Shown piece after piece: positions 42,195 through 51,508 of a DNA stretch of 64,000 bases. Position 1 is the stretch's first letter. Each line of letters begins with the position of its first letter. The DNA is taken from the NCBI GenBank assembly GCA_963765765.1, contig CAVXYC010000032.1, positions 192,001-256,000 on the forward strand, written 5' to 3'. Position numbers and translations under genes: made by a program. The notes beneath the pieces are model-generated. The model did not search any database and was not told the origin of the DNA. It saw only the letters and a list, made by a program, of their open reading frames with translations. This DNA is from an uncultured Chloroflexia bacterium (GTDB lineage Bacteria > Chloroflexota > UBA6077 > JACCZL01).

Positions 42195-42539
42195 TCAAGC
42201 AGACAATGGTTGAGCTGATAATTGCCGGGCTCCTGCGACCCACGTGCCGTTTCGAATAGCGCTGCACATCTCGGTAAAGAGCGCAAATACGCCCGCATCG
42301 TCCGTGCAGCCCACGAGCTCCGCCGAACTGATGGCCGGGCCATACGATCCCTGCACGTAGGGATTCAGCGTGAGATCGCGGCGCTCAGAGCTCAGGTATG
42401 AAATACCCGCGATGATGCCGCGGTCCAGCAGGCTGGATCGCTGACTGCTGTCGAAGTGCGCCGATCGGCCATCCAGCCGTAGCTCCAGGGCGCAGCGACC
42501 TCGTCGATCCTGCACCCACTCCACATTGGTGATATTCAC
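42195..42539 (-). CDS. Hypothetical protein
   Basis: RBS AGGAG upstream; 114-aa ORF in a run of minus-strand small genes. Confidence 0.55.
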   Translation of the reverse strand: MNITNVEWVQDRRGRCALELRLDGRSAHFDSSQRSSLLDRGIIAGISYLSSERRDLTLNPYVQGSYGPAISSAELVGCTDDAGVFALFTEMCSAIRNGTWVAGARQLSAQPLSA

Positions 42540-42615
42540 GTTCTCACTCCTACAACCAGCCCATCGCTTTACGGGCGGCGTTCACAGGCGTTCGTCGTTC
42601 GTTAGGAGAAGCGGC

Positions 42616-42753
42616 TCAGCCTGGCTTCCTTACCATCCCTTCCTGACGCGCACGCTCTTCGTGTGGTCGGAGTCCGTGCTTGCCAATCTTCGGGGCAGCC
42701 TTCTTCTTCTGCGCCGTCTTGCCATTGTCGCGGCCCTTGGCTTTATCACCCAT
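42616..42753 (-). CDS. 45-aa Lys/Arg-rich microprotein (absent from the ORF track)
   Basis: RBS AAGGAG-ATG; MGDKAKGRDNGKTAQKKKAAPKIGKHGLRPHEERARQEGMVRKPG. Confidence 0.6.
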   Translation of the reverse strand: MGDKAKGRDNGKTAQKKKAAPKIGKHGLRPHEERARQEGMVRKPG

Positions 42754-42851
42754 GGGATTGCTCCTTGACGCTCATTGCGTTCGATTCGTCGGTCAATTGA
42801 GAAGAGCCCTGCCTGCCCGCGCGGGTTCGGGAGAGGCTCGCAATGGTTGGA

Positions 42852-43664
42852 CTACACCGGCACCGGACCTGGCGCGGAGGTACGACCATTGACTCGTTCC
42901 CCAGGATCCAAGAATCCGGCCAGCAGGTCCACTGGCAATGGGAAAACGATGGTGGAATTCTTCTCCGCGGCAATCTCGGTCAGCGTCTGCAGGTAGCGAA
43001 GCTGGAGTGCCGATGGCTGACCACCGATGACATGGGCTGCTGCCGCGAGCTGCTGGGACGCTTCGAACTCGCCCTGCGCGTGAATCACCTTGGCGCGCTT
43101 CTCCCGCTCGGCTTCCGCCTGACGCGCCATTGCCCGCTGCATCGTCTGGGGCAGCTCCACGTCGCGCACCTCCACGGCACTGACCTTAATCCCCCAGCTA
43201 TCGGTCTGCTCGTCGATGATCTGCTGAAGCCGCAGGTTAATGCGGTCTCGCTCGGATAGGAGCTGGTCCAGATCAGATTGGCCGAGGACGCTTCGCAGTG
43301 TGGTCTGAGCGATCAATGAGGTGGCGCGGATGTAGTCAAGCACCTGGACGATCGCTCGCTGTGGATCAACAACCTTGAAATACACCACGGCATTGACCTT
43401 TACCGTGACGTTGTCCTGAGTGATCGCTTCCTGCGACGGCACGTCCAGCGTGATCACCCGCAGATCGACCTTCTGCATACGCTCAATGACGGGGATGAGC
43501 AGAATCAAGCCGGGTCCCCGTGCGCCAACCAGACGGCCGAGTCGGAAGACCACGCCGCGCTCGTACTCCTGGACGATCTTAACGGCGGAGCTGAGCATGA
43601 CGAAGAAGGTGGCCGCCACGACGATGACCAGGATGAGATTGCTACTGAGAAGCTGATCGAGCAT
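42852..43664 (-). CDS. SPFH/stomatin (slipin) family protein
   Basis: [60 protein letters not shown]; RBS AGGAGG. Confidence 0.95.
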   Translation of the reverse strand: MLDQLLSSNLILVIVVAATFFVMLSSAVKIVQEYERGVVFRLGRLVGARGPGLILLIPVIERMQKVDLRVITLDVPSQEAITQDNVTVKVNAVVYFKVVDPQRAIVQVLDYIRATSLIAQTTLRSVLGQSDLDQLLSERDRINLRLQQIIDEQTDSWGIKVSAVEVRDVELPQTMQRAMARQAEAEREKRAKVIHAQGEFEASQQLAAAAHVIGGQPSALQLRYLQTLTEIAAEKNSTIVFPLPVDLLAGFLDPGERVNGRTSAPGPVPV

Positions 43665-43907
43665 GGTGAGCCTCCTACCGCACGGTCGGCAGGCCCATCG
43701 ACGGGGAACCGGCCGGAATCCTGGTGACTCGACCGGTTTCGCAGTTCGCTCCACCCAACGTTCTAGCGATCCGGAGGGACGCGCGGGGCTTCTCAGCGCC
43801 TGAGACGCTGATATGGTAGCACAATCACATCATTGCTCCCACTCCTTGATGGCGTGCCCATCGCATTGTGCTAACATGGTGTTGAACTATCCCATGAAAG
43901 GCAACTC

Positions 43908-44159
43908 GTGACCTTTGCTGAGAATCTTCGACGACAGCGGATCGAGCACTTTCTATCGCAGAGCGAGCTCGCCCGCCGCGCCGGAATTCACGCGGTGACG
44001 ATCACTCGGCTAGAGGTAGGTACGACGGTTCCTTCGATGCGGACGGTGCGAGCGCTCGCTGAAGCGTTGGGAATCGAGCCACTTGACCTGGCTGCTCCCG
44101 AGGAGGTTGCGGAGGCGCGCCGGATCGGCGGTGTCCCGAACCGCCGTGCCAACGATTGA
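43908..44159 (+). CDS. XRE-family HTH regulator
   Basis: NLRRQR...LSQSELARRAGI...ITRLE.G...PS...LAEALG. Confidence 0.9.
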   Translation: MTFAENLRRQRIEHFLSQSELARRAGIHAVTITRLEVGTTVPSMRTVRALAEALGIEPLDLAAPEEVAEARRIGGVPNRRAND

Positions 44160-44294
44160 TTGGACGAACGGAATGGCGGCACCGCAACCCAACGCGGCAA
44201 ATGAACGCCAAACAGCCTGGCAATCGAATACACAATGGGCGCCGTAATACGCGGTGTGCGATAAAGCCTCCCAGGGGAGCGGAAAGGACGTGTC

Positions 44295-44507
44295 ATGAAA
44301 ACGTGTCAGTCACGGGTAGGAAGCGCCTGTACTCAGGAGGCAACGTGGAAGCAAGAAGTGCGCATCGGAGATAAGCCGACAGGACGCCTGCTCTATTTTT
44401 CGTATTGGTGCGACGAGCACGCGGCGCGCATCGCAAAGCGCCGTGAAACGGAATTCATCACACCGGCAGCGATGACGCGACTGGCGGAGACGACCGAGGT
44501 TTCGTAA
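44295..44507 (+). CDS. Putative Zn-binding microprotein
   Basis: C-x7-C...WCDEH; RBS AAGGA. Confidence 0.55.
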   Translation: MKTCQSRVGSACTQEATWKQEVRIGDKPTGRLLYFSYWCDEHAARIAKRRETEFITPAAMTRLAETTEVS

Positions 44508-44634
44508 CGTCCGCGCCGGTCAGTTCGCCCGACGGACTAGACGAGCAACCGGACTATCCCTTCTATGATCGAGTCGATCAGGCCGCCATGCGAGAAGTCG
44601 CCGGCGATCAACGCAGGAAACAAGGACAGGAAAC

Positions 44635-44895
44635 ATGGCTATGACACTGAAAGATCGAGTAGAGGAAGCTCTCGAGAGCACCGGTATCCCTCGCGCAGGA
44701 GAGCAGCAGCGCGGGTGGCTCTCTGAATCTCGGCGACCCAATGTGCGACTGTACTGGGGATACGGCGAGCCGGTCATGAAGACCGCGGCGGCGCGCAGCT
44801 ATCTTTCACAGTGCTCTAACGTGCTTACCCGTGCGGGTTTCCAGGTGCGTGAGCCAGCGAAAGAAGACGGCACGTATATCGAGATACACGGGTAG
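44635..44895 (+). CDS. Hypothetical microprotein (similar to 19876..20109)
   Basis: MTLKDRVEEAL...YLSQCSNVLTRAGFQV. Confidence 0.6.
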   Translation: MAMTLKDRVEEALESTGIPRAGEQQRGWLSESRRPNVRLYWGYGEPVMKTAAARSYLSQCSNVLTRAGFQVREPAKEDGTYIEIHG

Positions 44896-45101
44896 CAGCA
44901 CACGTTCCCTGATGGGGAACCGCTCGCTGGCGCTCCGGCACGCCTCGTGCCGAGCATTATGTTCCGTTGGGCATATGGTATGGTAATAGCACCGGCATGT
45001 TTCGCTAGCCCGTTCGCCGGGCTTGGCGCCGACCTCCTCAAAGAGGGTATCGGTCTCATCTCTTTCGTCCACGCTGACGAGGCCTGCCAAATACGTGCAG
45101 G

Positions 45102-45926
45102 GTGACGCCGATGTCCAACAATCCGGGATCTTCCAATCCGGGAACTTCGCCTTTTGTTGACGATGACCGACTCCTGGAGACGATCCAGCAGCTCCTGATC
45201 CTTACGGGGATCGAGCTAGGCCCCACGCTGGATCAAGCATCAACGTTAGTCGCTCGCGCCTGTGATGCTGACAAAGTCGACGTATTCATGTACGAGGCGG
45301 ACAAAGATAGCCTGGTTGCCCTGGGGACTAGCGATACTCCGATGGGCCAGAAGCAGCATGCCCTGGGTCTTGAACGGTTTCCCCGCGCCAATGCCGGGCC
45401 GCTGACTCGTGTCCTTGACTCAGGTGATCCTTATCTCACCGGCCACGCGGAGGATGACCCGAGTCAGCCACGCGGCGTGGTCGAGGAGCTGGGCGTTCGC
45501 AGCCAGGTGGACGTACCGCTCGAAGTGAACGGCGAGCGACGGGGTGTGCTGGCGGTGGTAAGCGCCAATCCGGACAAGTTCACTCAACGCGATCAGCGCT
45601 TTCTGCAGGCCGTGGCCGCATGGATCGGATTGATGATCCACCGAGCGCAGCTTATTGAGGAGCGCACAGTCGAGGCTGGCCGCCAGGGACGGCGTGATGC
45701 CGGCGACGAGGTGGCGCGCATCACCCGCCGACAACAAGAGGTGGCCGCGTGTATCGCGGAGGGGCTGACCAACGAGGAGATCGCTGAGCGGCTCACATTG
45801 ACGCCGGGCACCGTGGCCAACCACGTAGAGGGCATTCTGCGACGCCTGTCATTGCGTAATCGCACGAGTCTCGCCACCTGGGCGGTCGAGCGGGGAATCT
45901 ATCGATCCGGTTGGACCGAGGAGTAA
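45102..45926 (+). CDS. GAF-LuxR one-component regulator (paralog 4)
   Basis: DDRLLETIQQLL...ADKVDVFMYEADKDSLVALGTSDTPMG...; ITRRQQEVAACIAEGLTN. Confidence 0.9.
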   Translation: MTPMSNNPGSSNPGTSPFVDDDRLLETIQQLLILTGIELGPTLDQASTLVARACDADKVDVFMYEADKDSLVALGTSDTPMGQKQHALGLERFPRANAGPLTRVLDSGDPYLTGHAEDDPSQPRGVVEELGVRSQVDVPLEVNGERRGVLAVVSANPDKFTQRDQRFLQAVAAWIGLMIHRAQLIEERTVEAGRQGRRDAGDEVARITRRQQEVAACIAEGLTNEEIAERLTLTPGTVANHVEGILRRLSLRNRTSLATWAVERGIYRSGWTEE

Positions 45927-46063
45927 ATCGAGAGTGCAGTGCGCGGGACCTGCTGTTGTGGCAGCGACAACTGAGCTTTCCCCGGCTTAGCTACTCCGAT
46001 CGGATTTACGATCGCGGGTGTCCGGTACAGGCACACTCGAGCTCGCCGATCAGGCACCGCGTC

Positions 46064-46519
46064 TCAGGCGTTTGAAGTAGCGGGCAATCTCGGCTCTTCG
46101 AGCACCGAGTCTGAAGGATGACGCGCCCCTCTGTGGACGAGCGAGTCGACCGTCTCCAGTAGTACATCCAGGTCAAACGGGATAGCGATGGTTCTCAAGA
46201 CTCGCGAGCCTGGCCTGGCCTGTGGGCGATCGGGATAATGGAGAGCCGTGGAGCAGATGAGGATAGGCAGATCGTCCAGTCGACGGTCTCGCTCCACCAT
46301 CCGCAGTAGATCATGACCCGGGAAGCCTGAGGGCCCTGGAGTGACAATTAACAGCGCTGGCTCCCGCGTCTCGAGCACCTCGATGGCCTCAGCGTCTCTC
46401 GAGCACAAAATTGTGCCGTAGCCGGCAAGCATCAGCGCCCGCGCAAAGAGTTCCCGGAGCGCCGCGTCGTCATTCACGACAAGCACCGTCTCGGGCCCTT
46501 GTGCATCCATTGCGATCAT
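46064..46519 (-). CDS. Atypical (pseudo) receiver domain protein
   Basis: VLVVNDD...PALLIVTPG (phospho-Asp replaced)...IPFDL (Lys replaced). Confidence 0.75.
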   Translation of the reverse strand: MIAMDAQGPETVLVVNDDAALRELFARALMLAGYGTILCSRDAEAIEVLETREPALLIVTPGPSGFPGHDLLRMVERDRRLDDLPILICSTALHYPDRPQARPGSRVLRTIAIPFDLDVLLETVDSLVHRGARHPSDSVLEEPRLPATSNA

Positions 46520-46673
46520 TAGAATGACAACTCCGCCACAATTATTGCAGCGGATCACCGAGCTGCCATCGGTAGTTCTGCACAATTGGCACGGATGGCT
46601 AAAGGAATCTCAACTCACGAAGACGAGCAAGCTCCACGACGAGGTCAGGACGACGAGATCACGCGAAAAGGCT

Positions 46674-47090
46674 TCAGCTCAACGGCACTGAGTCAGTGAA
46701 CATTCCCTGGGGAGCTGGTTTGCGCAGGTCACGCACTGCCGTCAAGGATCGCACCGTTGCAAGCAGCTGATCTGCATCGAAGGGTTTTTGCAGACATGCA
46801 GCCGCTCCCATGGTACTCGCCTGCTGCCGCGCGTCGTTCGCGGCGGAGAGCACGATGACCGGAATAGGAGCGAGGTGCGCATCACGGAGCTGCTCGGTGC
46901 GGAAGCCTCTCCCGTCGAGGACCGGCATCATCAGATCCAGAAGGATGACGGCCGGCTGCCAGTCACTGAGGATCTCGAGCGCTATTCGCCCATTGCTTGC
47001 CGTGCGAACTTCGTAACCGTCCTGATCGAGCACGATCTCCAGAACCTCGCGAATGGATGGATCGTCGTCAACGACGAGCGCCCGCATCAC
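46674..47090 (-). CDS. Single-domain response regulator
   Basis: LVVDDD...VILLDLMMPVLDG...KPF; GTGA overlap with the upstream IxLAD gene. Confidence 0.92.
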   Translation of the reverse strand: MMRALVVDDDPSIREVLEIVLDQDGYEVRTASNGRIALEILSDWQPAVILLDLMMPVLDGRGFRTEQLRDAHLAPIPVIVLSAANDARQQASTMGAAACLQKPFDADQLLATVRSLTAVRDLRKPAPQGMFTDSVPLS

Positions 47091-47455
47091 GCGAGCACGG
47101 CTCGCAGGCGTCGAAAGTCCTCGAGAAGTGCCAGTCGACGTGCGCCCACTGCTGGATTGAGCCGATCCGCCGGCGCGAGATTCGAGTAGTGGTCCAGATC
47201 GGCCAGCATGATCTGAACCGTGCGTGAGGCGGGCCAGTCGGCCGTGCCATAACCGAGATCAACTGGGGCTGCATCCCTCAGGCCGCCCTTCGTGAGTCGG
47301 TCTCGCAGGCCGGCAATCCAGGCCGTCAGCCTCGGTTCAGACGGCTCCTCGACGGCAATCCATTCCTTGGCGGAGAATTCGGTCGGCACGCGTGTTCCCC
47401 TGCGGTGGACCGCGCTGGGCGTCTCGCGCGATGAATTCAAATGTGATTCGGCCAT
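47087..47455 (-). CDS. Hypothetical protein, 'IxLAD' domain copy 3
   Basis: LRDRLTKGGLRDAAP...VQIMLADLDH...RRLALLEDF. Confidence 0.7.
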   Translation of the reverse strand: MAESHLNSSRETPSAVHRRGTRVPTEFSAKEWIAVEEPSEPRLTAWIAGLRDRLTKGGLRDAAPVDLGYGTADWPASRTVQIMLADLDHYSNLAPADRLNPAVGARRLALLEDFRRLRAVLA

Positions 47456-47620
47456 CAGGGATGAGCGGACATGGTAGCTCGGAGTACCAAAATTCCCGTG
47501 CCGCAGAGGCGCCAACCTCCCGCTGCAACGGCCGTTTCTACAATCATACACAGTATCGGCACCGAGAACGTATGCATACATGCATACGACCAAAGGCGTT
47601 ACGGTGACGACCTGTCGGAG

Positions 47621-48421
47621 CTAGCTATTCTCTTCCGAATCCGAGCCGTACACACCATGCTCAACGGCCCACGTGGCGATTTGCGTCCTGTTTTTAAGCC
47701 CGAGGCGGCGGAGAATAGCCTCAACGTGGTTGGCAACCGTGCCCGGTACGACCTCGAGCTGCGATGCAATCTCCTCATTGCTGAGTCCAGCGGCGATGGC
47801 GGCAGCAACCTCTCGCTGGCGGATCGTTAACCGGGCCAGCTCGTCGACGACCGCTCGTCGGGCTTTTCGAGCGGCTTCCCCAGCGATGGTGTCGACAAGC
47901 TCTGCACGGTGTGCCACCATCCCGACCCACCGAGCCACCGCCTCCAGGAAGCGGAGATCACGCTCATCGAAACGAGCGGGCGTATCAGCCATGGCTGCCA
48001 GGACACCGCGAGGCTGGTTAGCCACGGCCATGGGACAGAGGATCTCGCTTCGGACACCTAGCCCCTCGGTGATGCCCCGCAGCTCTTCCGGGTCCCGTTG
48101 CGCCTCAGTACTGAGATACGATGCACCGCTTTGATAGACGGCAACTGCACGACCGCCGTTGGCCAGCGGCTGACGGTCCAGTCCGATTTCGGCCTGGTGG
48201 CGACCCATCGGCGTATCGCTACTTCCAACGGCGACAAGGCTGGAGATCTCCGGCTGATACAGGAAGATATCAACCTTGTCTGCCCCAAGGGCGTCGGCGA
48301 CAAGCGTGGAAGCCTCTCCAAGAGCCGGTTTCAACTCCGGTTCTGAGATATCCAGGAGGCGTTCGAGTGTAGTCAGCAGGCGACTGTCAGCCTGTGGCGC
48401 GGAAAACGGAGATTCGCCCAT
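47621..48421 (-). CDS. GAF-LuxR one-component regulator (paralog 5)
   Basis: RBS AGGAG; ALGADKVDIFLY...DTPMG...GLDRQPLANGG...; LTIRQREVA...PGTVANHVE. Confidence 0.9.
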   Translation of the reverse strand: MGESPFSAPQADSRLLTTLERLLDISEPELKPALGEASTLVADALGADKVDIFLYQPEISSLVAVGSSDTPMGRHQAEIGLDRQPLANGGRAVAVYQSGASYLSTEAQRDPEELRGITEGLGVRSEILCPMAVANQPRGVLAAMADTPARFDERDLRFLEAVARWVGMVAHRAELVDTIAGEAARKARRAVVDELARLTIRQREVAAAIAAGLSNEEIASQLEVVPGTVANHVEAILRRLGLKNRTQIATWAVEHGVYGSDSEENS

Positions 48422-48780
48422 GGCTAGCTCCTGCCCTTGACTGGGCAGGTCTCGTCAGCGAGGACGAAGAATTGAAACCGAGGCGATTTGCCCGGGTGCC
48501 ATGCCCGACGAGCGGGCCGGCGAAACGTGCCTGTACGGAGAAGTATACGCGACTTAGTGGCATACATTTCGCATAGAGACGACAAGGGCATCGCTCGAGC
48601 CAGTGCATCGCCTCAGGTCATTCGTTACCGATGACGCACCTGGCACGTTCCCTGCAGGGGCGCAACTCCGCGCACGGAGAGATATCGTCACCTGAAATGA
48701 GCTGAATGCGCTCGCCGATGAGCTTAACGTGCCTATGACCTGGGAGAGTTTGTCGGAATCGGCACGCAGGTTACTGGCCC

Positions 48781-49662
48781 TTGTCGACTCTCGGTGACAG
48801 GCATGATCCAAAGCTGCCTCATTACAGCGTAGCAACGCCACATGTGGCGGGAAGCGAGCTGATATTGACACAGTCCCTGGTCCGATCGAATGATGACGAC
48901 CGCCTGCTGGAAACACTTCAGCAGCTCCTCAGTCTGGCGACGATTGATCTGCGATCCACGCTGGCACAGGCATCCACTGTCGTTGCCGACGCCCTGGGGG
49001 CGGATAAGGTTGATGTATTTCTCTACGAGGCGGACAAGGACAGCCTGGTGGCGCTGGGCACCAGCGACACCCCGATGGGTCACCAGCAGCACGCTCTGGG
49101 TCTGGACCGCTTTCCGCGCGCCAATGCCGGGCCGATCAACGACGTGTTCGAGACGGGGCAGCCCTACCACACCGGTCATGCCGATCAGGACCCGACGCAG
49201 CCCCGCGGCGTAGTCGACGCCCTCGGCGTTCGGAGTCAGCTCGATGTGGCTCTTGACGTGAACGGCAAACGGCGCGGAGTACTGAGCGCGGTGAGCGCCC
49301 AGCCTGACCGATTCACCGAGCGGGATTTGCGCTTCCTTGAAGCTGTGGCAGCCTGGATCGGCCTGCTGACCCACCGGGCGGAGCTGGTCGAGGAGGGCGC
49401 TCGCGAGGCCGGCCGCCAGGGCCGGCGCGAGGCGTCAGAGGAAGTGGCCCGCCTGACTCGTCGTCAACAGGAAGTGGCCGCCTGCGTGGCGGAAGGACTC
49501 ACCAACGACGAAATTGCCGAGCGGCTCGTGGTAACGCCCGGTACGGTGGCCAACCACATGGAGGACATTCTTCGCCGACTTCAGCTAAAAAACCGGTCGA
49601 GCCTGGCGACCTGGGCGGTGGAGCATGGCCTGTATCGCTCAAACTGGGACGATGACGAGTGA
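48781..49662 (+). CDS. GAF-LuxR one-component regulator (paralog 6); true start probably downstream
   Basis: DDRLLETLQQLL...ADKVDVFLYEADKDSLVALGTSDTPMG; closest to paralog 4. Confidence 0.9.
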   Translation: MSTLGDRHDPKLPHYSVATPHVAGSELILTQSLVRSNDDDRLLETLQQLLSLATIDLRSTLAQASTVVADALGADKVDVFLYEADKDSLVALGTSDTPMGHQQHALGLDRFPRANAGPINDVFETGQPYHTGHADQDPTQPRGVVDALGVRSQLDVALDVNGKRRGVLSAVSAQPDRFTERDLRFLEAVAAWIGLLTHRAELVEEGAREAGRQGRREASEEVARLTRRQQEVAACVAEGLTNDEIAERLVVTPGTVANHMEDILRRLQLKNRSSLATWAVEHGLYRSNWDDDE

Positions 49663-49805
49663 ATCAGCCCTGTTCAGTCAATTGGCTCGGCACGCGGGAC
49701 CACCGACAGGATGTCAGCCGTCCGGGGTTCGGCGGCGATGTGTGAATGAGAGACCGAGCGGCGTGCTAGCATCGTCGTGCCCTGTGTTTCGCTGGGCCAA
49801 CGTAT

Positions 49806-50355
49806 ATGCGAGTAGTGTTTCTTTACGGGCCACCGGGCGTGGGCAAGCTCACCGTGGGCACTGCGCTATCCGCGGTGACCGGCATCAAGCTCGTCCACAA
49901 CCATCTCTCGGTCAACCTTGCTTCGGCGCTCTTTCCATTTCAATCTGCACCCTGGCGTCGGCTGCTGCGCCAGATACGGCGAGACGTCCTGGCGGAGGCT
50001 ACGAAGGAGGATGTTGACCTCATCGTGACAGGGAATTACGCTGGCGATCCCATTGGGGCAGAAGGATGGCGTCTGATCCTGGATCCCGTCCGGGCAGGTG
50101 GCGGGCAGGTCTTGTCTGTCCAGCTTGTGTGCGATCGCCAGGAGCTGGACATCCGAGTCCAAAACGAGTCCCGACGGGTGTACGAGAAGCTTATGGACCC
50201 CGCGGTGCTGGCCGTCGATCGCTGAGCGATCTGGATTATTTGCATCGTTACCATTCCAGCCACTGCTGAAACTCGATACGACGCGGCTCTCGCCGGCGGA
50301 AGCGGCCGCCGCGATCGCTGAGCACTACGACCTTTCGGGCCGCCTGAGCACCTGA
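49806..50355 (+). CDS. P-loop small-molecule kinase-like (AAA_33/shikimate kinase-like), frameshifted
   Basis: LYGPPGVGKLTV...HNH...R..NESR...LKLDTTRLSP. Confidence 0.8.
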
Positions 50356-50393
50356 TTCCGCGCGAACCGCGATGCCTATACTGCGCCACATCA

Positions 50394-50429
50394 GAGCGGC
50401 TCCCTCTCCCCTGGGAGAGGGAGCCGCTC
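50394..50429. terminator. Perfect hairpin between convergent genes (CCCTCTCCC-type repeat)
   Basis: GAGCGGCTCCCTCTCCC-CT-GGGAGAGGGAGCCGCTC. Confidence 0.65.
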
Positions 50430-50958
50430 AAGCTTCAAGCGAAATCAGCCATCGTTCAACTTCTGCCGCTAGTTCATCTGTCTGACGGTGAGCCGTTTCC
50501 ACGATGAGATGCGGGTCCACAATCGCGTAAGCCATCTCCGGCAGCATGCGCGTTCTCGCCGCTTCGAAATCATCCCAGGTGGTGACGTGGTGGGCCGGCA
50601 GGGCGAGCAATCGGCGCGCCATGATCCGCGCTCGAATTACCTCCTCGTCGGCGCAGCTGCATTCGACGATGGCGATGGTCGCACCAGTCTCGGCGGCGAT
50701 GCTGCGTGCCAGGTCGTAGACCCAGCCAAAGGTAAAGGGGCTATCGCAGATGACGCTAAAACCCTGAAGAAGCTGCCGACGGGCGATACGGAGCATCACC
50801 TCGTACGCCAGCCGACCTGAGTCTGGGGCACGCAGATCGATGACGTCCTTGACGTCATCCTTGTCGATCAGCGGCCAGTCCATTCGCAGACCGAGTGCGC
50901 GGCTCAGCGCGCTCTTGCCGCTACCCGGCAATCCGCGCATCAAGACAAGCCAGGGCAT
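50428..50958 (-). CDS. AAA_33-family P-loop kinase
   Basis: LMRGLPGSGKS...IDKDDVK...SVICDSP. Confidence 0.85.
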   Translation of the reverse strand: MPWLVLMRGLPGSGKSALSRALGLRMDWPLIDKDDVKDVIDLRAPDSGRLAYEVMLRIARRQLLQGFSVICDSPFTFGWVYDLARSIAAETGATIAIVECSCADEEVIRARIMARRLLALPAHHVTTWDDFEAARTRMLPEMAYAIVDPHLIVETAHRQTDELAAEVERWLISLEA

Positions 50959-51297
50959 TTGGCCCGATTGTACTGGTCTTACTGTGCACCGCGTCTCTCT
51001 GCCCACGAGTCTCCCGGCGTTCGGGCGCGGACCTCTGTCACCGTCACTCGAGGTGCAAGCGATTTGACCGCCCTTGGCGTAGTGCCGATGACGAAGGTTG
51101 AGGCGGTGAATCTGAGTGCCGTTCGGGAAATGCCGGCGAAATCGGGGGGATCGCTATTCTGGACGAGTCCACGGTTACGAACGACAACGATTTTGATATC
51201 GGCTGCTTTGATCCGAATGGGAACAACGTTGGAAAAGGGCTAAAAACTCAGCTCCTCATCATCAAATCGGATACCCCGCTGCTCCAGGAGTAAGCCC

Positions 51298-51391
51298 GTT
51301 CCTAGTGCGCATGTATTCCGCCATGCTTCAGCGAATTCCTCGAATCAGGCAGTTTGTTAGAAAACCGGCGGAATACATGCGCACTAGGAAC
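51298..51391. repeat. 25-bp perfect inverted repeat with 44-bp spacer (MITE/REP-like)
   Basis: GTTCCTAGTGCGCATGTATTCCGCC ... GGCGGAATACATGCGCACTAGGAAC. Confidence 0.8.
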
Positions 51392-51508
51392 AGAGTTTCG
51401 CGTCTCCGGTAGCAGTAAGTGCTTGCCATAATATGCATTTCCGCAGATGTCGATTGCGAGCAGAGTCAACATAATGGTTCCACAAGTATTCGTCGATAAG
51501 GACTGTCA

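Noticed and set aside
45966-45986. tRNA-like 5' end on the minus strand (GCCGGGGAAAGCTCAGTTG)
   Set aside because: No anticodon arm, T-loop or acceptor complement follows
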